A stretch of 64,000 nucleotides of DNA from positions 320,001-384,000 of the forward strand of contig CALUHR010000013.1 of NCBI GenBank assembly GCA_944320495.1, read 5' to 3'. A program made the position numbers and the translations under genes. Shown here piece after piece: positions 22,085 through 31,746 of this stretch. The notes beneath the pieces are model-generated. The model worked only from the letters and a program-made list of their open reading frames with translations, ran no database searches and was not told the DNA's origin. The DNA is from Candidatus Methanomethylophilaceae archaeon (GTDB lineage: Archaea; Thermoplasmatota; Thermoplasmata; Methanomassiliicoccales; Methanomethylophilaceae). The first letter of the stretch is position 1, and each line of letters starts with the position of its first letter.

Positions 22085-24832
22085 TCAGTCCCAGAACCTC
22101 TTGTTCTTGGCGTAGAGGATCTCGGCGTTCATTATGTCGCGGTAGAAGTCGTCCTCATCCACATGCATGCTGCGGAGTATCTTCGACGCGGTGTCCGGGC
22201 CGACGCCCCTGCCCGCCATGACGATGACGGCGCGGCTGCCGTGCTCGTTCACGAGGTTGGCGTTCCTCAGGAGGCGGAGCCTGTCCTTCTTCTCCTGCTC
22301 GGTGAGCTCCTGATGCTTCACGACCTGGATCATCTCGCGCTCGTATCCCTTGAGGACGGCGACCATGTTTCCTCCGCAGTGGGGGCATCTGAACCTCTTC
22401 GGCGCCTCCCCGACGCGGAACCTCCATTGGGACCCGCAGTTCAGGCACGACGCGAACAGGACCTCGTCCTCCAGCCTCTTCTTCAGGGCCATGAGGATGG
22501 AGTGGTCCGCGCGGACGGGCTGCATCAGCTCCTTGGAGCGGGTGATCCCCTCCAGCCCGATGGTCGATATCCCTCCGGGCACCACCTCGATCTCTCCCGA
22601 CGACATCATCGACACGACCCTCTCGGCGTTCGGGATGTCCAGGTCCTCCCACAGGACCTTGTTCACAGCCTCGCGGTAGGCGGGCGTGTCCCGATGGAGG
22701 TCGAACAGCCTCTGGAAGTTCATGAAGCGGTGGTCGGCGGTCTTCTCGATGATGCCGAACTTCTTCGCCACGAACACGAACCTCCATCTGAGGAACGACG
22801 AGTTGACCATGGTCATCCTGGACAGGGCCTCGACCGTCCCGGGCTTCACGGACTGCACTGTCTCCAGGATGACGTCGCGCTTCAGGTTGCGGGGCAGCTC
22901 CAGGATGATCCTGTACGGGTCGGCGGTCATGCCCACGCTCTCGCCCAGCCTGGCGGAGAGGAGGGCGGAGTAGATCTTCCCGAGGGTCTCGTTGACGCGG
23001 CTCCCGAAGCAGCAGTTGACGATGGCCAGCCTGTCGCCGACCTCCACGGTCACGGTCCTGTCGGTGGGCATCGCGAACCTCTCGTCCTGCTCGTCGAGGT
23101 ACTTGGACACAACGGCGACGCATCCGTCGTCCCCGGGGTAGTCCCCGAAGTTCCTCAGGCGGCGCATGCGGCCCACCTCCATGGCGACCTCGTACGGTAC
23201 CGGGATGTCGGAACCCACCCAGTTTGGCACGGACCCGACCTCGCGGGCCTCCTCCACGAGGATCTCGTCCTCGCGCATCTCGACTATGCGCCAGGTCCTG
23301 CCCTTGGCTATGAACATGGCGTACTCCTCGGCGAAGGAGGCCACGAAGCTCTCGTCGAGCGTTCCGATGATCGCCCTGGTGCCGATGTCCCTGATGAGGT
23401 ACGAGCGCTCGTCGGGGATCATCGAGATGTTGTCGTAGAAGTAGGCCATGCCCTTACGGGACCTGCGGAAGGAGCCGTCGTCATCGACGAAGACCATCTT
23501 GATCGACAGCAGCTGGTCCAGGACGTCCTGGATGTCCTGCCTGGCGATGTCCCTGAAGGGCCACGCGCCGGAGAACACCTTGAACGCGGTGTCCATGTCG
23601 GCCTGTCCGGACATGGTCATGGCTATGAGCTGGTTGGCCACCACCGAGAGCGGGCACGGCCTGCCGGTCCAGGACTCCAGCTCCTTGGAGTCGCATCTGC
23701 GGGCGATGACCATGGCCTCCGCCACCTCGTCCGGGGCGGTGGCGAGCACCCTGGCGCGAATCTTCTCCCCGACACGGTGTCCGGCCCTGCCTGCCCTCTG
23801 GATCATGCGGGAGACCTGCCTGGGCGAGTTGTACTGGATGACCATGTCGGTGGTCCCCACGTCTATGCCGAGCTCGAGGGACGAAGTGCACACGAGCGCT
23901 TTGACATCCCCCGATTTGAAGCGGTCCTCCATCTCCATCCTGGTCTCCTTGGAGAGGGACCCGTGATGGACCTCTATGGGGAACGTCTCATCCCACAGGT
24001 GGTAGCGGGCCGCGAGCCATTCGGCCGTCTCCCTGGTGTTGACGAAGAACAGCGTGGACCTGCCGGATTCGACGATCTCCCTGGCGCGGGCCATGACCCC
24101 GATGATGTCCGGGTCCCCCTGCAGCCTGTCGATGAGCTTCGCGTCCTCCGTGGGCCTCGGGCTCTCGACGCGGATGTCGAAGTCGCGGTGGGTGTCGTGC
24201 TTGCGGACGTCCACCTTCCTGCGGGGTCCGACGAGGAAGTCGGCCACCGCCTGTGGGTCCCCCACGGTGGCCGAGAGCCCTATCCTCTGGAACTCTCCCG
24301 CCACCAGCGCCAGCCTCTCCAGGGCGACGCTGAGCTGCGCCCCGCGCTCGGTGTCCGCCAGCTCGTGGATCTCGTCGATGACCACCCACTCCACCGCCTT
24401 GAGGTGCTGGATGAGCCTCTTGCCGGTGAACAGCACCTGCAGGGTCTCGGGGGTGGTGATGAGTATCTCCGGGGGCGCCCTCGACTGGGCCTGCCTCTCG
24501 GCCTGGGAGGTGTCGCCGTGCCTCACGCCGACGGTGACCCCGAGGGCCTTCCCGTAGTCCTCCATGCGCCTCAGCATGTCCCTGTTCAGGGCGCGGAGTG
24601 GCGTGATGTAGATGCATCTGAACCCGGTGCGCTTCCCCTTGGTGGCGTGTATGGCGTCGAGAATGGGTATCATCGCCGCCTCGGTCTTCCCGATCCCGGT
24701 GGGCGCCACGAGGAGTATGTGACCTCCGGCGCGGATCCTCGGGATGACGTCAGCCTGCGGGGGCGTGGGTTCCGTTATCCCCCTCTCCGCCAGGGCCGAT
24801 GCGAGTTCGGGGCAGATGTCGGGGAAAGGCAT
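22085..24832 (-). CDS. lhr: Lhr-like DEAD/DEAH-box SF2 helicase with C-terminal Zn ribbon
   Basis: APTGIGKT, VIDEIHEL, HHGSLSKE, SSLELGIDVG and QRAGRAGH motifs; C-terminal CLNC and CPHCG. Confidence 0.92.
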   Translation of the reverse strand: MPFPDICPELASALAERGITEPTPPQADVIPRIRAGGHILLVAPTGIGKTEAAMIPILDAIHATKGKRTGFRCIYITPLRALNRDMLRRMEDYGKALGVTVGVRHGDTSQAERQAQSRAPPEILITTPETLQVLFTGKRLIQHLKAVEWVVIDEIHELADTERGAQLSVALERLALVAGEFQRIGLSATVGDPQAVADFLVGPRRKVDVRKHDTHRDFDIRVESPRPTEDAKLIDRLQGDPDIIGVMARAREIVESGRSTLFFVNTRETAEWLAARYHLWDETFPIEVHHGSLSKETRMEMEDRFKSGDVKALVCTSSLELGIDVGTTDMVIQYNSPRQVSRMIQRAGRAGHRVGEKIRARVLATAPDEVAEAMVIARRCDSKELESWTGRPCPLSVVANQLIAMTMSGQADMDTAFKVFSGAWPFRDIARQDIQDVLDQLLSIKMVFVDDDGSFRRSRKGMAYFYDNISMIPDERSYLIRDIGTRAIIGTLDESFVASFAEEYAMFIAKGRTWRIVEMREDEILVEEAREVGSVPNWVGSDIPVPYEVAMEVGRMRRLRNFGDYPGDDGCVAVVSKYLDEQDERFAMPTDRTVTVEVGDRLAIVNCCFGSRVNETLGKIYSALLSARLGESVGMTADPYRIILELPRNLKRDVILETVQSVKPGTVEALSRMTMVNSSFLRWRFVFVAKKFGIIEKTADHRFMNFQRLFDLHRDTPAYREAVNKVLWEDLDIPNAERVVSMMSSGEIEVVPGGISTIGLEGITRSKELMQPVRADHSILMALKKRLEDEVLFASCLNCGSQWRFRVGEAPKRFRCPHCGGNMVAVLKGYEREMIQVVKHQELTEQEKKDRLRLLRNANLVNEHGSRAVIVMAGRGVGPDTASKILRSMHVDEDDFYRDIMNAEILYAKNKRFWD

Positions 24833-24875
24833 GAGAACGTAAGGGTGCCGGGGCGTCCGCCCCGGCTTGGGGGTT

Positions 24876-26099
24876 TCACTCGGAAGCCGGCTCCTCCTTC
24901 TTGGGAGCGGTGACCTCGAGCAGGACCTGGGACAGGTCCATGACCTTGATGCTGGACCCGCACTTCTTGGCCCCCTGGGTCAGGTTGAGCACGCAGAAGG
25001 GGCAGCAGGTGATCAGGACGTCGGCGCCGGTGGCCTCCGCATCGTGGATCCTCTCCACCGCGACGGCGGTGGCGAAGTCGTTGAACTGGGACTTGTATCC
25101 TCCTCCGGCACCGCAGCATCTGGAGTTCTCCCTGGACCTCTCCATCTCGACGAACTCAACGCCCTTGATCTTCTTGATGACGTTCCTGGGGGCGTCGTAG
25201 ACGCCGGAGTGCCTTCCGAGGTGGCACGGGTCGTGGTAGGTGACCTTGTGCTTGAACTCGTTGTTCAGCGGGAGCTTCCTGTCGTTGATGAGCCTCTCGA
25301 CGTACTGGGAGAAGTGGTAGACGTTCTGTCCGACCTTGGCGTAGTACTTGCCGAAGTCGGTGCTGACGGTCTTGTAGCATCCGGAGCAGGTCATGACCAT
25401 GTCCTTGGCTCCCATGCCGTCCGCCTTCTCGACGACGGTCTCGGAGCATCCGAGGGACTCGGTGGTGGTTCCGGTCCTCAGCAGGGGCGAGGAGCAGCAC
25501 CACTCCTTGTCGCCGAGGCAGTTCAGCTTGACCCCGGCGCGGGAGAGCACGATGACTCCGGCCTGCGCGACGTTCTGCATCCTGTAGGATCCGGTGCATC
25601 CGGCGAAGAAGATCGCGTCCGGAGGGGTGCAGCGCGGGACCTCGGCGGGCCACCAGGCATCCCTCTTGGACGGGGGCTCTCCGTAGGGGTTGTGGCACTC
25701 GCGGACCTTCTCGGCCATTCCCTTGTGGGCGGACAGGGGTCCGGCGCCGTTGGCGACGATCCAGGCCCTCATCTCCTCCCAGAAGTCCACCAGGTGGATC
25801 TGGGCGTGGCAGACGACCTCGCAGTTCCCGCAGCCGGTGCACTTGTACATGGCGTCGACGAACTCGGGGCTGAGGGTGGCCTCCCTTCCGAGGAGACCGT
25901 CCAGGGCGCCGGTTCCGGCCTTGTCCAGCTGGTTGACGTAGTAGATCTTTCCCCTCGGGGTGACGGACTCCCAGGGGGTCTGGTTGTGGGCCTCGCATAC
26001 GTCGATGCAGTATCCGCACTGCAGGCATGCGGTCAGGACCTTCTGTACGCGGGGGAGTTTAAGGAACTCCGGGACGGGTACTTTGACTGATACTTCCAC
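24876..26099 (-). CDS. HdrD/GlpC-like Fe-S oxidoreductase (two 4Fe-4S motifs plus two CCG domains)
   Basis: CLQCGYCIDVC, CTGCGNCEVVC, FFAGC, YHDPCHLGR, CCGAGGG and TCCPFC motifs. Confidence 0.9.
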   Translation of the reverse strand: MEVSVKVPVPEFLKLPRVQKVLTACLQCGYCIDVCEAHNQTPWESVTPRGKIYYVNQLDKAGTGALDGLLGREATLSPEFVDAMYKCTGCGNCEVVCHAQIHLVDFWEEMRAWIVANGAGPLSAHKGMAEKVRECHNPYGEPPSKRDAWWPAEVPRCTPPDAIFFAGCTGSYRMQNVAQAGVIVLSRAGVKLNCLGDKEWCCSSPLLRTGTTTESLGCSETVVEKADGMGAKDMVMTCSGCYKTVSTDFGKYYAKVGQNVYHFSQYVERLINDRKLPLNNEFKHKVTYHDPCHLGRHSGVYDAPRNVIKKIKGVEFVEMERSRENSRCCGAGGGYKSQFNDFATAVAVERIHDAEATGADVLITCCPFCVLNLTQGAKKCGSSIKVMDLSQVLLEVTAPKKEEPASE

Positions 26100-26262
26100 G
26101 AGACAATCCTCCGTGTTCCGGGCGGCTCCGACGGCCGCCGCTTTGGGACTTCGAGACCCAGTCCGTATTTAACGCTTCACGGCCCGAATGCCCGGAACAG
26201 GCGGTTTGTGGCCTTGGAAAATGAGACGGAATGAGATTATATCCGAAGGCCGATGCGGTGTC

Positions 26263-27459
26263 ATGGATTCCCCCGGGCTGTACGACGACTGGACCGGCAA
26301 CATCGTGAAGGACGCCGACGTGAGGTCCCTGGACCCAGGTGCCGTGCGCGCCGCCAGGGCGTCCTACCGCGAGAGGTTCCCCGACCGCGCCGAGGAGAGC
26401 GACGGCTGGGACGACGAGACCTTCCTCGCCCGCGCAGGGGTGTTCAAGAGAGGGAGGCCCACGGTCGCGTCGCTGATCCTCCTGGGGAAGCAGGACGCCG
26501 GGATACTCCCGTCCACAGTCTGCATACGCTGGAGGCTCCTGGACCCGGACGGGACCGTCGTCGACTCCAGGACCTTCCAGGGTCCGATGCTGCTCGCATC
26601 GTCCCAGGCGGTGTCGATGGTCCGCAACTGGACCTGCACGATCGGGCCGGCGGACGCTGCAAGGAAGGTCAGCGCGTACCGCAACTCCACGCTGCTCGAG
26701 GCGGTCCGCAACGCGCTGGCACATCAGGATTTCTCGTACGGCGGGACGGTGGACGTCGTGGAGCGCGAGTCGGAGTCCGTGACGATCGTGAGCAGGGGGT
26801 CGTTCCCGCAGAGGTCCCCCGAGTCGTTCATCGCCGGGCCGCCCGTGCAGTCCCCTCCGCGCAACAGGTTCCTGATCTCGGCCATGGCGGGCATAGGGGC
26901 CGTGCCCGCATCGGGGACCGGGATCCGCTCCATGTACCTGGGTCAGGCCTCCCGCAGGTTCCCGATGCCCGACTTCGACATCCAGGACGACCGCGTCTCC
27001 GTGCGCTTCTCCGGCATCAGGGCCGGTGCGTACGCCAGGGTCCTGGACCTCCGCGAGGACCTAGATTTGAGGACGATGATGGACCTGGACCGTCTCGCCA
27101 AGCTCCGCTATCTCCCGGATCGCAGGGTTAAGGCGCTGGCGAGGAGGGGTCTCGTCGAGGTGCTAGACGGCGTCCCGTGCATCGCGTCGGGCGCCGGACA
27201 GGACATGCTGTCCGCGTTCGTCATCGGCACGGAGGAGGAGGCCGTGCTGGCGCTCATCGACAGGAACGGCTCGGTCACCAGGTCCGACGTCTCGGACATC
27301 CTCGCGGCCCGCGACAGGAAGGAGCTGACGCCCGACCAGGTCCGTGTGAAGGCCACGAACCTCCTGCAGTCCATGAGGCGCAGGGGTCTGGTCGAGAAGG
27401 CGGACGGCAGCACCCGGTCGGCCAGGTACGTCCGCTCGTCCGGGCCCGCGCAAGAATAA
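26263..27459 (+). CDS. RecG-C/HATPase-like putative DNA-binding regulator with C-terminal wHTH, lacking the usual N-terminal AlbA_2 domain
   Basis: LLEAVRNALAHQDFS, SRGSF, RNRFL, SGTGIRSM and C-terminal wHTH (GSVTRSDVSDIL...RRGLVE). Confidence 0.7.
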   Translation: MDSPGLYDDWTGNIVKDADVRSLDPGAVRAARASYRERFPDRAEESDGWDDETFLARAGVFKRGRPTVASLILLGKQDAGILPSTVCIRWRLLDPDGTVVDSRTFQGPMLLASSQAVSMVRNWTCTIGPADAARKVSAYRNSTLLEAVRNALAHQDFSYGGTVDVVERESESVTIVSRGSFPQRSPESFIAGPPVQSPPRNRFLISAMAGIGAVPASGTGIRSMYLGQASRRFPMPDFDIQDDRVSVRFSGIRAGAYARVLDLREDLDLRTMMDLDRLAKLRYLPDRRVKALARRGLVEVLDGVPCIASGAGQDMLSAFVIGTEEEAVLALIDRNGSVTRSDVSDILAARDRKELTPDQVRVKATNLLQSMRRRGLVEKADGSTRSARYVRSSGPAQE

Positions 27460-27485
27460 AACGGCGTCCGCGCGATGACCTCCGC

Positions 27486-28496
27486 ATGAACACGAAGCAG
27501 GAGATCGTCGACGCGTTCGATGGTCGGAGCACGGGCGAACTGCCCCCGCCGGCCGTATTCACGCAGACCGGCACTGTGGGGCAGATGCGTGCCTGCGGGG
27601 CAGGATGGCCGGAGGCCCACTACGACCCCGAGAAGATGGCCACGCTGGCACTGCAGTTCTCGAAGATGTTCGGGTTCGCCACGGCGAGGGTCCCGTACTG
27701 CCTCACGGTGGAGATCGAGCGTCTAGGGGCCACCATAAAGGATGGGTCCGGGGACACCCAGCCCAGCGTGGTGGGCACCCCATACTCCTCGGGCGACGTG
27801 TCCGAGCCGCCGTCGGGAGGGCTGATGAACCCGGACGAGTTCGCATCGGGAGGCCGCTGTGCCATGGTCGCCGAGGTCGCCGAGAGGATGTCCAGGGAGC
27901 ACGAGGACCTCTTCATCACCGCTGGCTTACAGGACCCCATGGCGCTGACGTCCCAGCTGCTTGGCGCTGAGAACATGCTCATGGCCGGGTTCATGGAGCC
28001 CGGCAGGATCTCGAAGTGGATCGATGCGGTGACCCCTCTGACCTGCGCCTACGCAGAGAGGCTCTCGGAGGCGGCGGACAACGTCCTGGTGATCGCCGGC
28101 GGCTCCACCGACATGTACTCCCCGGAGATGCTCGAGGAGTTCTCCGTCCCGTTCACCCCTAGGACGATCTCCAGCATCAGGTCCTCCTTCAGCACCATCC
28201 ACTCCTGCGGCGACACGCTGGCGTTCGCGGACCGCCTGGCCGGATACGGCGCCGACGCGCTCAGCCTCGAGACGTTCCAGTGCCCCGAGGAGTACATGCG
28301 CATCGTGAACGGCCGCTGCAGGATGTTCGGGTCCATCGATCCCGTCGGGACGCTCCTGATGAAGCAGCCGGAGGACGTCGTGGCTAGCGCCAGGAGGGGT
28401 GCGGAGCTGGGCTTCGACATCATAACCCCGGAGTGCGGCGTGCCGCCGCTGACGCCGGACGCCAACCTGATGGCGCTGTCGCACTACCGCGACTGA
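27486..28496 (+). CDS. mtaA: Methylcobamide:CoM methyltransferase, MtaA/MtbA family
   Basis: RVPYCLTVE, Zn-binding IHSCG, GSIDPV and ITPECGV motifs (URO-D fold); the exact paralogue is not determinable. Confidence 0.85.
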   Translation: MNTKQEIVDAFDGRSTGELPPPAVFTQTGTVGQMRACGAGWPEAHYDPEKMATLALQFSKMFGFATARVPYCLTVEIERLGATIKDGSGDTQPSVVGTPYSSGDVSEPPSGGLMNPDEFASGGRCAMVAEVAERMSREHEDLFITAGLQDPMALTSQLLGAENMLMAGFMEPGRISKWIDAVTPLTCAYAERLSEAADNVLVIAGGSTDMYSPEMLEEFSVPFTPRTISSIRSSFSTIHSCGDTLAFADRLAGYGADALSLETFQCPEEYMRIVNGRCRMFGSIDPVGTLLMKQPEDVVASARRGAELGFDIITPECGVPPLTPDANLMALSHYRD

Positions 28497-28554
28497 TCCT
28501 AAACCCCTCCTCCGGTAGCGGGGGAGGGTCATTTACGATATTATCGAGAACGGG

Positions 28555-28631
28555 TGGTGGGCCCTGCCGGATTTGAACCGACGGCCATCTGGTTATGAGC
28601 CAGACGCTCTACCTAGCTAAGCTAAGAGCCC
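28555..28631 (-). tRNA. tRNA-Ile2 (anticodon CAU), CCA encoded
   Basis: Cloverleaf GGGCTCT...CTGGCT-CAT-AACCAG...GGTTCAAATCC...AGGGCCC-ACCA. The GGGC acceptor start fits archaeal Ile2 better than Met. Confidence 0.88.
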
Positions 28632-28717
28632 GTTGAGGCACCCATATCGGGATTTCATTAAAAACATGTCGGACGAGACATGACGCGAAGCGGTGAAGGA
28701 TGATGAAAAAGGGAGAA

Positions 28718-28793
28718 TGGCGCCGCCACACGGATTTGAACCGAGGACCTTGTGATTAACAGTCACACGCTCTACCTGCTGAGCTACGGCGGC
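28718..28793 (-). tRNA. tRNA-Asn (GUU), CCA encoded
   Basis: GCCGCCG...GTGACT-GTT-AATCAC...GGTTCAAATCC...TGGCGGC-GCCA. Confidence 0.95.
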
Positions 28794-28846
28794 TTGTAGG
28801 ATTGCGTGAATGAAGGGCTTGTATTTATAATTAACTGTATAGAATT

Positions 28847-28867
28847 GGGCCGGCCGTACGCCGGCCC
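28847..28867. terminator. Hairpin downstream of the wHTH gene
   Basis: GGGCCGGC-CGTAC-GCCGGCCC, an 8-bp stem just after the stop at 28876. Confidence 0.45.
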
Positions 28868-28875
28868 GTGGAAAA

Positions 28876-29262
28876 TCAGTTCTTGGCGCGCTTCTTGGCC
28901 TTCTTTTCCTTGGTCTCGACGACCTCTCCGTCCTCGAAGTCCATCCGGCCGTAGAAGATCTCGCGGCTCTCGAACATGCGCTTCCCGATGGCCCTCCCCT
29001 TGGGGGTCAGCTCGTAGATCTTCATCAGGCGCCTTCCGGCCTCGAGGTGCATCTCTAGGAGTCCGAGCTCGACAAGCTGGTCGGCGGTCTTGATGACGGT
29101 CTTGTAATTCTTGGCGATGCGGAGCATGTCGGTCGCCATGATCTTGTCGTTCTCATAGATGAGGGAAATGATATCGACGGCGTACCTGCTGGAGAGCGGG
29201 GACTGGTAATCCGTTATCATGCTGGAAATGAGCGATTGCCGATTATAAATGATTTCGTCCAT
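28876..29262 (-). CDS. Winged-helix (MarR-like) DNA-binding protein
   Basis: Helix-turn-helix followed by LVELGLLE and YELTPKGRAIG; basic tail. Confidence 0.8.
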   Translation of the reverse strand: MDEIIYNRQSLISSMITDYQSPLSSRYAVDIISLIYENDKIMATDMLRIAKNYKTVIKTADQLVELGLLEMHLEAGRRLMKIYELTPKGRAIGKRMFESREIFYGRMDFEDGEVVETKEKKAKKRAKN

Positions 29263-29389
29263 GTACTCATAGCCAGTTCGCACATTCATCCGCGTCGTCG
29301 GTCGCGCTATGGGAATCGATTCCCGGCAGCGCCCGTCCGCCCCTCCACTATAATAAAATAAGGAACGGGGCATCAAGACCGCGATTCAA

Positions 29390-30631
29390 ATGAAGGTCGA
29401 CGTTAAGTACGGCAAGGACGGGGTCCAGGAGACGGAGATCCCCGACTCCGCCTACATAGGCACGTTCTATCCCAAGGACGTCGAGTGCGGGGACCCCGAC
29501 AAGGTCATCGGAGACTCCATCGACAACCCGCTGGGCATCGGCTCGATGGCCGAGTTCCTGGAGGGCGGCGAGGACATAGTGTTCATCGTCAACGACGGCA
29601 CCCGCCCCACTCCCACGGCCAAGGTCCTGGACGCGCTCTCCAAGAGGATGGACCTCAGGTCCGCCAGGTACCTCATAGCCACCGGCGCCCACAGGGACAT
29701 GACCCCCGAGGAGTACGACATGGTCTTCGGCTCCCACTACGAGGAGCTCAAGGACAGGATCATCTGCCACGATGCGAAGAAATCCGAGTGCGTCAACCTC
29801 GGCACCTCGAAGAACGGCACCCCCATGGAGGTCAACAAGGTCGCGGTCGACGCCGACCGCCTGGTGATCATCACCTCCGTGGAGCCCCACTACTTCGCCG
29901 GATACACCGGCGGAAGGAAGTCCTTCCTCCCCGGCGTCGCTTCCTATCGTACGATCGAGGCCAACCACAAACTGGCCATGAGCAAGGCCGCCCAGTCCCT
30001 CGCCCTGGAGGGCAACCCCGTGCACGAGGACATGATGGACGCGCTCGAGGGCGTCAAGGGCAAGAGGATCTTCTCCATCCAGATGGTCCTCGACAGGCAC
30101 CAGAACATCTACAAGGTGGCGTCCGGAGACCTCCACGAGGCCTTCCACAAGGCGATCGGATGGGCCAACGAGGTCTTCTCCGTGCCGATCCCGGAGAAGG
30201 CGGACGTCGTCATCTCCGTCGCCCCGTACCCCATGGACGTCGACCTGTACCAGTCCCAGAAGGCCCTGGACAATGGGAAGTGGGCGCTCAAGGACGGCGG
30301 GAAGATCGTAATGGTCTCGAAGTGCAGGGAGGGCACCGGGAGCGACACGTTCCTGAAGCAGCTCTCCACCTCCAGCGACCCGCACCAGGTGCTGGAGAAC
30401 CTTAAGGCCGAGTACAAGCTCGGATACCACAAGGCGGCCAAGATGGCCGAGATCGCGACCTGGGCGAGCATCTGGGCGGTCACAGACCTGGACCCAGAGC
30501 TCCTCAGGGGTGCGAACATAACGCCCTTCCCCACGGTCCAGGCGGCCGTGGACGAGGCGCTCAGGGAGAACCCGTCCGCGAGGATCATGGTCCTCATGGA
30601 CGGAAGCGTCACCATCCCCAGGCTGGAGTGA
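29390..30631 (+). CDS. larA: Nickel-pincer lactate racemase family protein (LarA)
   Basis: VNDGTRPTPT, IATGAHR, PHYFAGYTGGRKS and DLYQSQKAL motifs; the substrate is not established. Confidence 0.88.
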   Translation: MKVDVKYGKDGVQETEIPDSAYIGTFYPKDVECGDPDKVIGDSIDNPLGIGSMAEFLEGGEDIVFIVNDGTRPTPTAKVLDALSKRMDLRSARYLIATGAHRDMTPEEYDMVFGSHYEELKDRIICHDAKKSECVNLGTSKNGTPMEVNKVAVDADRLVIITSVEPHYFAGYTGGRKSFLPGVASYRTIEANHKLAMSKAAQSLALEGNPVHEDMMDALEGVKGKRIFSIQMVLDRHQNIYKVASGDLHEAFHKAIGWANEVFSVPIPEKADVVISVAPYPMDVDLYQSQKALDNGKWALKDGGKIVMVSKCREGTGSDTFLKQLSTSSDPHQVLENLKAEYKLGYHKAAKMAEIATWASIWAVTDLDPELLRGANITPFPTVQAAVDEALRENPSARIMVLMDGSVTIPRLE

Positions 30632-30638
30632 GGTTCAC

Positions 30639-31745
30639 ATGTCGGAAAGCAAGGAGTTCAAGGCGGACAGCCTTGAGAAGGTAAGGCAGGCGGTCAACGT
30701 CTGCACCATGTGCGGATTCTGCAAGAGCGTCTGCCCGTCGTTCAAATCGATCGGGTGGGATTCCGCGCTGTCCCGCGGGCGCATAGTGCTGACGTACGGT
30801 CTGCTGACCGGCGACCTCCAGCCGGACGAGTCGCTCGTCAGGAACATGTACACGTGCACCACCTGCGCGGACTGCGTCCGCAGGTGCCCGTCCAAGGTCG
30901 AGATCGTGGACATCATCGAGCTCTGCCGCGCGGACCTCGTGAAGGCGGGATGCATCCTGCCCAAGCACAAGTTGATGTGCGACAACATCATGTCCACCGG
31001 CAACCCCTTCGGCGAGAAGGCCACCAGGGAGGAGGCGTTGGGCAGGAAGCCGCACGCGGCAAAGGTCGGATACTTCGCCGGATGCACCGCCACGTACCGC
31101 TCCAAGGAGACTGCCAGGGCGACGATGTCCATCTTCGACAAGCTCGGCGTCGACTTCACCACCCTCGACGAGACCTGCTGCGGATCCGTCATGCAGAGGG
31201 TCGGATGGCCCCAGGGCGACGTCACGGAGCTGATGAGGAAGAACGTCGAGGCGATCAAGGCCCTCGGCGTCGAGACCCTCGTCCTCTCCTGCGCCGGATG
31301 CTACAGGATGTTCAAGCTGGAGTACCCCAAGTACGTGGACGTGCCCTTCGAAGTCCTCCACATCACGGAGTTCCTGGCCAGGCAGGACCTGAAGCTAAAG
31401 CCGATGGACGGCGTGAAGGCCACGTACCACGACCCCTGCCACCTGGGCAGGCACTGCGGTGTGTACGAGCCCCCGCGCGAGGTCATCGCGAAGATCCCCG
31501 GCCTCGAGTTCAAGGAGATGAAGTACAACAGGAAGACCAGCCACTGCTGCGGAGGCGGCGGAGGAGTCAGGTCCGCCTACCCGGAGGAGGCAATGGACAT
31601 CGCCTCCACCAGGCTCGACGAGGCCGGGTCGGCCGACCTCATGATCACGTGCTGCCCGTTCTGCGTCAACAACCTGTCCGCCGCCAAGGGCGACAGGAAG
31701 ATCGAGGTCCGCGACCTCGTGGAGCTCATCGACGAGCTGATGTGA
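30639..31745 (+). CDS. Second HdrD/GlpC-like Fe-S oxidoreductase
   Basis: CTMCGFCKSVCP, CTTCADCVRRCP, ETCCGS, YHDPCHLGR and HCCGGGGG motifs. Confidence 0.9.
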   Translation: MSESKEFKADSLEKVRQAVNVCTMCGFCKSVCPSFKSIGWDSALSRGRIVLTYGLLTGDLQPDESLVRNMYTCTTCADCVRRCPSKVEIVDIIELCRADLVKAGCILPKHKLMCDNIMSTGNPFGEKATREEALGRKPHAAKVGYFAGCTATYRSKETARATMSIFDKLGVDFTTLDETCCGSVMQRVGWPQGDVTELMRKNVEAIKALGVETLVLSCAGCYRMFKLEYPKYVDVPFEVLHITEFLARQDLKLKPMDGVKATYHDPCHLGRHCGVYEPPREVIAKIPGLEFKEMKYNRKTSHCCGGGGGVRSAYPEEAMDIASTRLDEAGSADLMITCCPFCVNNLSAAKGDRKIEVRDLVELIDELM

Positions 31746-31746
31746 T

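Noticed and set aside
21857-24913. 1018-aa plus-strand ORF and many similar long antisense or alternative-frame ORFs (e.g. 6036-8117, 39397-42087, 10064-11089)
   Set aside because: These are shadow ORFs expected from high GC3 codon bias; they lie opposite or within well-supported genes and have no motifs.
28555-28631. CAU tRNA as a special decoder or as tRNA-Met
   Set aside because: Its acceptor stem and body fit ordinary archaeal tRNA-Ile2; it has no bearing on CGA decoding.
28555-28793. tRNA pair as an integration site for a mobile element
   Set aside because: No integrase, no duplicated tRNA 3' end, and the flanks are host-like genes.
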